Shown: positions 1-8,851 of the stretch, piece after piece
Numbering within the stretch: position 1 is the first letter of the stretch
How the letters are laid out: each line of letters starts with the position of its first letter
DNA from: an uncultured Candidatus Saccharibacteria bacterium
GTDB lineage: Bacteria > Patescibacteriota > Saccharimonadia > Saccharimonadales > Saccharimonadaceae
DNA length: 64,000 bases
Direction: 5' to 3'
Assembly: GCA_938033695.1 (NCBI GenBank)
Contig: CALHKE010000018.1
Coordinates: 6,654-70,653, forward strand
Notes under the pieces: model-generated
What the model was told of the DNA's origin: nothing
The model's input: only the letters and a program-made list of their open reading frames with translations
Databases searched by the model: none
Position numbers and translations under genes: made by a program

Positions 1-156
1 AATATCTACCTATTTTTATTGGCAATACTTATTGCCTTTTTTTGTTGCAAAGGTCCTGAGCTATTACGACAGATTGACATAACCATTAAAATGTGGTAAT
101 ATATCTCTGGTACATTTTGATTTTTGTTGCATGTTCACAAGAAAAGGGGGAACAAA

Positions 157-1101
157 ATGAGTACATTTTTTTATCAAACAATTGCAATTTTAGGTTTCAC
201 GGAACTACCGAGAATATGGCAGTGGATTATCGTTTTTATGGTAATCAATTCGGTCAGCGCAGCTATTCTGCGTAAGGCTCTGATTTCTGCCACCACCCGT
301 GTTCACACGGTACGTCATGGCAAGGCCAATGGCAAAGCAGATTTTTTCCAAATCTGCGGGGTGCAAAACTCCTCTATTAGTGCATTTAACTATATTTTAG
401 ATCATTTGCACGATGGTGACGGAGTTTACGCGTTAAGCTATAGTAATTTTGGCTTTAATGTACCAACCTACATTACTGCCATGCGTAAGGCTATAGTTCG
501 ACGCAACAAGGAATTTAAACGCCTCAGCCGCACCACAATTGGTCATTCCATCAGTATAGGCGACATCGTCATTCACAAAATGGAAAACAATTTCGATACG
601 ACCTTCAGTCTGAATCCTTGCACCTATGGTTTTTTCCTTAAAGAGCCACTTCATACGTTGCTAAAATATGGCGGACCACTCCTATTGGCATCAAGATTTC
701 TTTTAGGCTGGCTGGGATTTATTCCGATCATTCCCAATTTCGATCTGGAAAAAAGCAGTAGCTCTCTAGCGTTATTGATTGACCAATACCTGGCCCTCCG
801 TAACAACACCAGAGACCTTGGCGATGATAATTTGCCAAGAAATTTAATCCTCTCTGAAAAAGATTATTTGCTAGATAACGAAGTAGTCCGCAAGACTTTC
901 ACCGGAGCGCACTATGCAATGACTAGCAATCCCCATGGAGACACTCGAAACACTTCTGATCTTCTGAAGGCTTATTATGATTTGTGTGGCTTCCGCCGTA
1001 CGTTTCGGCCGATCACATTCGAGGTAGAAATTCCGGAGGATGAGAAAATTATTTCTTTCTATCACCACCACGGCGGTCCCAAAATAGCTAAACTTGATTG
1101 A
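157..1101 (+). CDS. hypothetical protein, possibly alpha/beta-hydrolase-like, with an N-terminal hydrophobic segment
   Basis: ATG at 157 after SD AAGGGGG and promoter TTGACA(74)..GGTAAT; GHSISIG resembles a nucleophile elbow; late His (NPHGD). Confidence 0.55.
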   Translation: MSTFFYQTIAILGFTELPRIWQWIIVFMVINSVSAAILRKALISATTRVHTVRHGKANGKADFFQICGVQNSSISAFNYILDHLHDGDGVYALSYSNFGFNVPTYITAMRKAIVRRNKEFKRLSRTTIGHSISIGDIVIHKMENNFDTTFSLNPCTYGFFLKEPLHTLLKYGGPLLLASRFLLGWLGFIPIIPNFDLEKSSSSLALLIDQYLALRNNTRDLGDDNLPRNLILSEKDYLLDNEVVRKTFTGAHYAMTSNPHGDTRNTSDLLKAYYDLCGFRRTFRPITFEVEIPEDEKIISFYHHHGGPKIAKLD

Positions 1102-1217
1102 AATTAGGTAAAAATAACTCGACTAATAACTTAAACTCATACCCAATATCAAACAAAAGCTAAACCTGAATACCTAACTTAAACCTAAAAAATTGCAAAA
1201 CGCGCAATCTTGCGCAA

Positions 1218-1300
1218 AAATTGGGGCGTGATGAACGCTCCTTTTTTATTTCTAAAAAAATTGGGGTACTCAGAAGCGCTCTTTTTATTTCTAAAAAATA
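1218..1300 (+). terminator. tandemly duplicated terminator-like unit (AAAAATTGGGG...CGCTC-T-tract-ATTTCTAAAAAA, two copies)
   Basis: two imperfect ~41 bp direct repeats, each a hairpin followed by a T-run. Confidence 0.55.
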
Positions 1301-1451
1301 AACCCCTATTCCACGAATATACTTCTATGCTCTATGAAATTTTTTCCATATCTTTATTTCCAGAAACCTGTTGAAAAATCCGCCCCACCTTGCTATAATA
1401 TTCCTATCTGTCTGGGCTTGGCTCACGCCAGCAGGTAGATGAATTTTAAAA

Positions 1452-1536
1452 GCTGGAGTAGTCTAGCGGCAATGACAAGAGACTGTAAATCTCTCGGGTT
1501 ACACCTTCGTAGGTTCGAGTCCTACCTCCAGCACCA
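1452..1536 (+). tRNA. tRNA-Tyr(GTA)
   Basis: GCTGGAG/CTCCAGC acceptor stem, anticodon loop CTGTAAA, long variable arm, GGTTCGAGTCC, encoded CCA. Confidence 0.97.
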
Positions 1537-1556
1537 TTCATGTTTATGCATGACCC

Positions 1557-1631
<75 letters not shown>

Positions 1632-1834
1632 TGAGGAGAAAATAACAAAATAAAACCCGCAGGGGTTTATTTTTTATTTTCGACGAATGGAACCGCCATG
1701 AAGCCAGACACACTCCATGAGTCGAAATATGTATTTTTTAATCGCTTTATATAGTCACGCTCTTTATTATTAACAAAAAATCACTATAATAGTAATTATA
1801 AAAAATATCATACTGGAAGGTTTGAGGATTTTAA

Positions 1835-2959
1835 ATGGCGGAGCAATCTACAGAAAAAAGAAATGATAAGATTCGTGGGTCCATGATAGGTGGAGCGGTT
1901 GGAGATGCTCTCGGATACCAGATAGAGTTTCATCAAGGAGTAACCCCCAAGATGATTACGCGCTTCATTAATGAAATTGGTATTATTTCAGATGATACAC
2001 AAATGACGCTTTTTACTGCTTGCGGATTATTATGGAGACAAACTAGAGGCTACTTACGTGGTATTGCGATGCGACCACCAGAGGCAATTTATCTTGCGTA
2101 TCTTGATTGGTTGGGGACACAGCAGAGAGTTAAAGAACATGCCCCAATATCTTGGATTAAGGATATTCCGGAACTGAATGTTTTACGCGATCCGGGAATA
2201 ACTTGCCTTGAAGCACTCAACTCTGGCAAGTTTGGTACATTAGAGGAACCAATAAATAACAGTAAAGGGTGTGGTGGTGTTATGCGCATCGCTCCGATTG
2301 CTTTATATTACAATGAAGACGTTATTGGTGATTTCTCGGCTAAATCTTGCGCATTAACGCATGGTCATCCTTTAGCGATTCTTTCTGCGTATGTATTGGG
2401 ATATATCATTTACTATGTATTATCTGACTATCCAATGAAGAAAGCTGTCGAAACTGCCATACAGAAAATGAATGATTGGACCGCCGAGGGAGTGGATAAG
2501 AATCAGAAACCAATTAAGATTCGATATAAAAATGAGAAGGTTGAGCTTACTGAATTACTTAATAAAGCAATCATACTGGCGGAATCTGATATCGAAGATC
2601 AAGATGCGATTCGCCAACTAGGTATGGGATGGGTTGCCGATGAAGCAGTGGCAATTGCTATTTACTGCTCGCTAAAATATAAAGACAATTTTGAGGATGC
2701 GATTGCTGCAGCAGCTAACCACGATGGGGATTCTGACTCTACGGCGGCGATAACTGGTAATATTGTTGGCGCTCGTGTTGGATATAAAAATATACCAGAT
2801 TATTACAAGAATAACGTTGAATTAAAAGATATTATTTTGGAAATATCTGACGACTTAGCTAATGGTGTTCCAATTAAGGCGGGTGAGAGCGGATACTATA
2901 TTACTAACGATGAGTGGCTAGATAAATATCTTCATTTAAAGTACGTCTCTAGGGCATAG
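1835..2959 (+). CDS. ADP-ribosylglycohydrolase (DraG/ARH family)
   Basis: GGAVGDALG, SDDTQMT, SKGCGGVMR, THGHP and GDSDSTAAITGNIVG motifs. Confidence 0.93.
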   Translation: MAEQSTEKRNDKIRGSMIGGAVGDALGYQIEFHQGVTPKMITRFINEIGIISDDTQMTLFTACGLLWRQTRGYLRGIAMRPPEAIYLAYLDWLGTQQRVKEHAPISWIKDIPELNVLRDPGITCLEALNSGKFGTLEEPINNSKGCGGVMRIAPIALYYNEDVIGDFSAKSCALTHGHPLAILSAYVLGYIIYYVLSDYPMKKAVETAIQKMNDWTAEGVDKNQKPIKIRYKNEKVELTELLNKAIILAESDIEDQDAIRQLGMGWVADEAVAIAIYCSLKYKDNFEDAIAAAANHDGDSDSTAAITGNIVGARVGYKNIPDYYKNNVELKDIILEISDDLANGVPIKAGESGYYITNDEWLDKYLHLKYVSRA

Positions 2960-3249
2960 TTGTTAGAACATCAACTCGATTACTACAAGTATCGTGTGAT
3001 ACGTGTAGGGCTGACTTTATACTTTGTATTATGATGATTCATAAAATTCTAATACAAGATTATAAATCAAAAAACCTTGGCGGGAACAAATCCAGACCAA
3101 GGCGCTGTAATCCAATAATACACTACCGATATCTAAAAAGTCAATATTAAAGATTATTGGGGTTAGAGCTATAAAACTGGGTTAAAATATAGTATAAAAT
3201 TATAAATGTCGAATAAAACAAACTTTAATTTTACTGTGAGGTAAATGAT

Positions 3250-3621
3250 ATGGAAAAATGGGGAATGTTTGAATTTAATACGCCTTATGTTGGAAAAATT
3301 ATCGAAAAAATAAATGCTGTAGTATTACCAAACGATTACATAGAATTTATAAAAAAACATAATGGTGGCCAAGGCGATATTGGTGAAACATGGCTTATAT
3401 TATATCGATTAGAAGAATTACAAGAAATAAATGATAATTACAAAATTGAAGTATTTCTGCCGGGTCACATTATTATTGGTTCAAATGGTGGTAGTGAACT
3501 TTATGGAATTGATAACAAGGGGAACTACTTTAACGTACCAGTACTACTAGATAAAGATGATGTTACTGTGCTTGGGACAGAGATAGAATTATTGCCAGAT
3601 AAAATAAATGCACTTTGGTAA
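3250..3621 (+). CDS. SMI1/KNR4 (SUKH) family immunity-type protein
   Basis: LPNDYIEFIKKHNGG and IIIGSNGGSELYGID motifs. Confidence 0.85.
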   Translation: MEKWGMFEFNTPYVGKIIEKINAVVLPNDYIEFIKKHNGGQGDIGETWLILYRLEELQEINDNYKIEVFLPGHIIIGSNGGSELYGIDNKGNYFNVPVLLDKDDVTVLGTEIELLPDKINALW

Positions 3622-3911
3622 TAGATTCTTTTGTTAGTTGCACGACTAACAGTACATAAGCCTTGAGGTTTAAAGAGACAGAATGGTATATTGCGATTTC
3701 AGCAATATCCGGACTAAGAACGATTGATGTCTCTTTTTATTGCTTGGTATTACACTTGAGATATTAATTCAGAACCCAGATTGAGTTTTTCTTCAATATA
3801 TGCTAGAATAAAGACATCGGAGTAAAAACTCCAACGTCGGAGATACCACTTCGGTGCTATCTTCATGAGAACCCGCCAGAAATGGCGGGTTGCTCGATTC
3901 TAAAAATATCC

Positions 3912-4571
3912 TTAATTATTTTTCAATTTATTCTTACCGCTCTCAAAAGACTGAGAAATATAATCTCTAATATTATTTATATTTGATAATTTATAATTAC
4001 TTCGATCAAGCTCACGGCTAAGTTGTTTTAATCTAACCGATAGACAATTATTTGTTTCTGTTACTGGTGTAGCTAAAACCGTTATACAAGAATTAGGATT
4101 TAATCGAAGAGTTGCCTTAATTGCTTCGGCATAATCTCCATCACAAGAAAGGATTATGATATTAATTGGGTCCTTAGACCTTGCAACACACTCAAGCAGA
4201 TCCGATGTCAAATAAACATCAATATTCGATTTTAATTTCACATTTTTCGAAAGTACTTTTATGTTATTTAGAAACCCACAATTCGCGCATCTATATTTTT
4301 CGTACTTTGGTGGTTCGATATAGCTTTTTCTAGAAAGTGAGCAAATCTTATATCCAACTTTTTCACTCAAAAATCGAAAATGCTTCATTTTCTTATTATC
4401 ACTAGAAGATATCCCCTCATAATAACGAATTTCCTGAACATTCGGATATTTCTCTTTAAGATAGTTATATAATTTAACAAAATCAAGAACAAAACCACAG
4501 CTCCAAAGGCAGGCGTGACGGATGTTACTAACATCAATATAGATGTAGGTTTTAGCTTCCCTTAAGTTCAT
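3912..4571 (-). CDS. NYN/LabA-DUF88 PIN-like ribonuclease domain protein
   Basis: IYIDVSN, KSNIDV and LSCDGDY acidic motifs; CxxC insertion. Confidence 0.85.
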   Translation of the reverse strand: MNLREAKTYIYIDVSNIRHACLWSCGFVLDFVKLYNYLKEKYPNVQEIRYYEGISSSDNKKMKHFRFLSEKVGYKICSLSRKSYIEPPKYEKYRCANCGFLNNIKVLSKNVKLKSNIDVYLTSDLLECVARSKDPINIIILSCDGDYAEAIKATLRLNPNSCITVLATPVTETNNCLSVRLKQLSRELDRSNYKLSNINNIRDYISQSFESGKNKLKNN

Positions 4572-4727
4572 ATTAATTACAATATACCATATTTATGAAT
4601 CTTTAAATTTTTAATTGAATTATTTATATGTCATATTAACTCAGCCCAAAAATTGACACACCCCACTCTTCATTGTATAATATATATATTGGGTATTTTC
4701 CCATACAGCATGAAAAGGAGGGGTATC

Positions 4728-5333
4728 ATGAGTACATTTAAGATTAAAGTAGCAAATTTTTTCGCAAGAGAATCTTGCGCTGCCTGGCAGCCTAAACGGA
4801 TTATTCGCATAATTTATCGCCACATCTATCGTTTCATCATGGAGACTGGCGCAGAAGAATATCCTTACGCTAATCTCGATTTTGCCAAATGGCAGGAATC
4901 CGACGGTAATTTTTACACCCTAATTACCGATTCTAGTAATTTTGTCATTCGGCGTAGTACTAGTTATGTGGCCTGGATGATGAAAAAATACTGCGGTAGT
5001 TCACCTAAATTACCTAAACCAGGGCCGCGCAAACCCGGAGAACATCGCTTCGATGCTAAACACTGGGGTGAAATCCTCGAATACAATGGTTGGCAAAAAG
5101 TTTCAAAAGCCGACTGGCCGTCATACCAAGATATATTAGATGAGAGACACTTTATCGGTGTAATGCCCGACGCAGATGAGTTTGGTCTTCTAGTATGGTT
5201 TAATAACGCTAGGTTTACCGTTACTGGATTTCCCGCTATATGGTTAGTTTCAACCTATAAGGATTTTAAAGAGCAATGCCTAGAAATCCCTGTCTCTGAA
5301 AAATCTAGCATCATCTGGTATCGCGAACCCTAA
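4728..5333 (+). CDS. hypothetical protein with a degenerate CHAP-like domain
   Basis: ATG at 4728 after AGGAGGGG; YPY..STSYVAW..DAKHW..FGLLVW resembles CHAP CxSYxAW/NAxxW/GHVAW. Confidence 0.55.
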   Translation: MSTFKIKVANFFARESCAAWQPKRIIRIIYRHIYRFIMETGAEEYPYANLDFAKWQESDGNFYTLITDSSNFVIRRSTSYVAWMMKKYCGSSPKLPKPGPRKPGEHRFDAKHWGEILEYNGWQKVSKADWPSYQDILDERHFIGVMPDADEFGLLVWFNNARFTVTGFPAIWLVSTYKDFKEQCLEIPVSEKSSIIWYREP

Positions 5334-5473
5334 GTAAAAGATCTTTAAATCAACGAAAAATTTGCCACACAACTTTCACCTCTCGAGAGAGAGGTGAATT
5401 TATTGCACCTTAAAAATTTGAGGAATTTTAACCAAACAGTCACCCGCACACATTACGAAAGGTTAGGTGAATT

Positions 5474-6061
5474 ATGTTTACTGACAAAATTAATTTCGCA
5501 CTTAAAATTGCCGCCAAGGCTCACCAGGGTCAAAACCGCAAGGGAACTGATATTCCGTATATCTCCCACCATGTCGCCGTCGGCATGATTATTAGTCAAT
5601 ATACCAACGACGAAGCAACAATTGTCGCTGGAATCTTGCATGATATTCTTGAAGATGTCAATCCAGCTGTCTATTCTGAGGCCGACATGCGTCGCGATTT
5701 TGGCGATGAGATTACCGATATCGTTAAGGATGTTTCGGAACCTAAAACTGCCGATCAGCCCAAACTTCCCTGGAAAGAACGTAAAGAAAGTTACCTGAAG
5801 CGCCTCGGCAATTCCTACTACATTGAGGCCTACATTGTCGCTGTCGCCGACAAGATACATAATCTTACCGATATTCTAAAAGATTACGATCAGTTTGGTG
5901 ATGAAATTTGGCACCGCTTCAATACTTCTGAGCAAGATATTCTCTGGTATTATCGCGAAGTTTTTTATCTCATCAAAAACGAACCGGTACCAATAGAACT
6001 TAAACGTCGCCTCGCAAATCTTATAGAGGAGTTAGAAAGCATCGTCACAATAAATCCCTAG
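5474..6061 (+). CDS. HD-domain small alarmone hydrolase (Mesh1/SpoT HD-like)
   Basis: AHQGQNRK..PYISH, AGILHDILED, VADKIHN. Confidence 0.85.
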   Translation: MFTDKINFALKIAAKAHQGQNRKGTDIPYISHHVAVGMIISQYTNDEATIVAGILHDILEDVNPAVYSEADMRRDFGDEITDIVKDVSEPKTADQPKLPWKERKESYLKRLGNSYYIEAYIVAVADKIHNLTDILKDYDQFGDEIWHRFNTSEQDILWYYREVFYLIKNEPVPIELKRRLANLIEELESIVTINP

Positions 6062-6127
6062 AGCAAAATTCCTCACATTAGAATCCCCGAAGTCTATCTT
6101 CGGGGATTTTTATCGTATAATATACTT

Positions 6128-7042
6128 ATGAATAAATCTGAAATTGAAGCTAGACTCCAAACCATCCAGAAATTTTATAATCTCGATAAGCTTCTTGAGC
6201 ACGGCACTGAAAACGAAGATGTTGCTAAATATTATCGTAAATCCGACTTCTTTTACAAACACGTCCATTCCGGTGGCGGTAGCAATATCCACATGGCCCT
6301 TTCCGACGACGGACTCTTTCACAAAGAAGATTTCAAGAAACAAGCTATGTATATTGCAAACTTTCTAAAACCTGGCGCTCGCGTTTTAGAGGTTGGAGCT
6401 GGCAGATTGAGTAATTCACGCTATCTCGCCGAACGTTTTCCTGATGTCGAATTCGTCGCACTAGATATTCCAAATCGTAATTTCCTTAAAAATAAAGTTC
6501 CTAAAAATATTCAACTCATCGAAGGGGACTATCATAATCTTGATCAGCTCGAAGATGCAAGTTTCGATGTGGTGTTTGGTGTCGAAACCATTTGCTATAG
6601 TCGCAATAAAAAACTCGTAGTAGAACAGATGACCAAAAAGCTCAAACCAGGTGGCATTTTCGTAGTTTTCGATGTCTATGAACCTATAAGACACAACGAA
6701 ATGACTGATTTTGAAAAACGCGCATCCAGTATTACTCTTGCCGGTATGCGAGTCACAGATCAAGACCAATGCGTATTAGACCTTGTCGAATACCTCAAGC
6801 AAGCTGGTATGCAAAATATTGAAGCCTCTAATCTCACCCAAAAAATTATGCCCAACCTCAAACGCCTTGCCAAAATTTCCAAGCTCTATTTTACCCACCC
6901 ACTACTACTAAAAATCTTAAATTTTATCATTGCTGAAGATGCTAGAGTTAATGGTATTTCAGGTTATCTTATGGATCTAACTTTTGACGGTGAACGGATT
7001 CACGGTTATTACCGTATCACCGCCCAAAAACCAATTAACTAG
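6128..7042 (+). CDS. class I SAM-dependent methyltransferase
   Basis: VLEVGAG motif I, FDVVFGVE, LKPGG. Confidence 0.88.
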   Translation: MNKSEIEARLQTIQKFYNLDKLLEHGTENEDVAKYYRKSDFFYKHVHSGGGSNIHMALSDDGLFHKEDFKKQAMYIANFLKPGARVLEVGAGRLSNSRYLAERFPDVEFVALDIPNRNFLKNKVPKNIQLIEGDYHNLDQLEDASFDVVFGVETICYSRNKKLVVEQMTKKLKPGGIFVVFDVYEPIRHNEMTDFEKRASSITLAGMRVTDQDQCVLDLVEYLKQAGMQNIEASNLTQKIMPNLKRLAKISKLYFTHPLLLKILNFIIAEDARVNGISGYLMDLTFDGERIHGYYRITAQKPIN

Positions 7043-7319
7043 TCTTAATTTTAATAAAAAAAGGAAGCCCTTGCGGTAGGAGCATTACACCCCGTGCAGA
7101 GACTTCGATATTATTATACACCAAAATACACAAGTCGAAGCTATTCATCAAAACCCCTGGAGCCTAACTTCGGGGATTTTTTTCTTCATTGACAAAACAC
7201 TTTAAAATTGTTATAATATACGAATCTCGGTGTGGAAAAATCGTGAAAAATCTGACCCAAAATTGGTCCCATTTCACAAATAATCCCGCATCATCACCCA
7301 ATCGATAGGAGGAGATACT

Positions 7320-8351
7320 ATGGCACATTTAGAGAAAAAGGATATAAAGCAAGCAGTTCGTTCTGGCCTTATCGGCTTAGCTATTGGCGACGCATTAGGG
7401 GTACCTATTGAGTTTTTGAATCGAAATTTTCTAGAACTCATGCCGGTCACCGAAATGTTATCTGTCGGCACCCATCATCAACCTGCTGGGACTTGGTCTG
7501 ACGATACGTCTATGACCATCTGCCTCATGCAGTCGCTAATTGATCAAAAACGCTTCCATTATCACGACATCATGGAGAATTTTGTCAAGTGGTATCTGCA
7601 AGACGAATTTACTGCTACCAAACTCACTTTTGACATTGGTGGCACTTGTAAACGCGCGATTGAGAATTACCTCGCTGGCGGACACCCTGTCAAGTGTGGC
7701 ATGAATCATTACGCCAATAACGGCAACGGTTCACTTATGCGCATCTTGCCAGTAGCTTTCGTTTGTCACAGAAATCAAATCACTGGTGAAAAACGCTTTG
7801 AATTAGTGAAAAACATTTCATCACTCACCCACGCTCATCCAATTAGTGTGCTGGGTTGCCTGATTTACACTAATTTCGTTTGTCACTTACTAGGCGGTGA
7901 TAATCCCAAGGAAGCTTATCGCAAAACCCAGCTGGACGATTACAGTATGTTTGAACCGGAAGAGCGTAGTCTTTATAGTCGGATTCTGAAAAATCAGATC
8001 TATCACTATCCTAAGGGCTACATTCCTTCGCGTGCTTACGTGATTGACACTCTGGAAGCCGTACTTTGGTCATTTCTCACCACTGATAACTTCCAAGACG
8101 CCGTACTTACTGCGGTTAATCTCGGCGATGACACCGATACGGTCGGCGCTCTCACTGGTTCGCTCGCTGGTATTCAATACGGGCTCAAAAGTATTCCGGA
8201 AAAGTGGGCCACCACTTTGAAGCGTGGCCGATATCTAATTAAACTTTGCGATCAATTCGCTGAAACCGAAATTGACACCACAGATATTTCGCCAGAATCC
8301 ACTTCCATTCCACACGTTGAAACCACCAACCTCAATCGGCTTGGCGCCTAA
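7320..8351 (+). CDS. ADP-ribosylglycohydrolase (DraG/ARH family)
   Basis: GLAIGDALG, WSDDTSM, NGNGSLMR, THAH, GDDTDTVGA. Confidence 0.93.
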   Translation: MAHLEKKDIKQAVRSGLIGLAIGDALGVPIEFLNRNFLELMPVTEMLSVGTHHQPAGTWSDDTSMTICLMQSLIDQKRFHYHDIMENFVKWYLQDEFTATKLTFDIGGTCKRAIENYLAGGHPVKCGMNHYANNGNGSLMRILPVAFVCHRNQITGEKRFELVKNISSLTHAHPISVLGCLIYTNFVCHLLGGDNPKEAYRKTQLDDYSMFEPEERSLYSRILKNQIYHYPKGYIPSRAYVIDTLEAVLWSFLTTDNFQDAVLTAVNLGDDTDTVGALTGSLAGIQYGLKSIPEKWATTLKRGRYLIKLCDQFAETEIDTTDISPESTSIPHVETTNLNRLGA

Positions 8352-8458
8352 ATAAGATAGAATCAAATCTAGTCGGCTTAGCGCCTAAATTAAGAACGCC
8401 AGCCCCCTGGTCAGATTGGCGTCCATTTTCTCACTAAACTCTCGAATTTTTCGAGAGT

Positions 8459-8851
8459 TTATTTTTTTAAGAACGCCTCAATCATTTCCGCTTCACTTGT
8501 AAAATCCTCCCCCAAAACCAACGAATCTTTCACTTCACTATAATATTTTTCTAGTGTCAACGGCGTGAAATAATATTTTCCACCCCCGTTAGATTCTAAT
8601 CTTTCAAAAGCCAGACATTCACCCACGCGCCAAACCATTTTTGCTCGCATGACTCGTTCATGCACACTATCAAACCACTTCACCGAAATAAATTCCTCCC
8701 CCTCAGAAAATCGCCGCACTACCTCTAATCGCATCGCCACTAGTACCGTTTCATCAGTCTCGCATTCCACCAGATAAACCGCCCCCGGCAATTTTTCCAC
8801 GCGTTCACGCCCACTTTTCATTATCTCTCTAAAAGTCCTCATACCATCCAA
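8459..8851 (-). CDS. hypothetical protein, overlapping the end of the upstream gene
   Basis: 130 aa ORF overlapping the stop of 8839..10704. Confidence 0.6.
   Translation of the reverse strand: MDGMRTFREIMKSGRERVEKLPGAVYLVECETDETVLVAMRLEVVRRFSEGEEFISVKWFDSVHERVMRAKMVWRVGECLAFERLESNGGGKYYFTPLTLEKYYSEVKDSLVLGEDFTSEAEMIEAFLKK

Noticed and set aside
1687..1721. Inverted partial copy of the tRNA-Thr 3' end, and a CTCCATGAG repeat, as an att site
   Set aside because: Only about 12/16 identity and a 9 bp repeat, with no integrase; could be chance.
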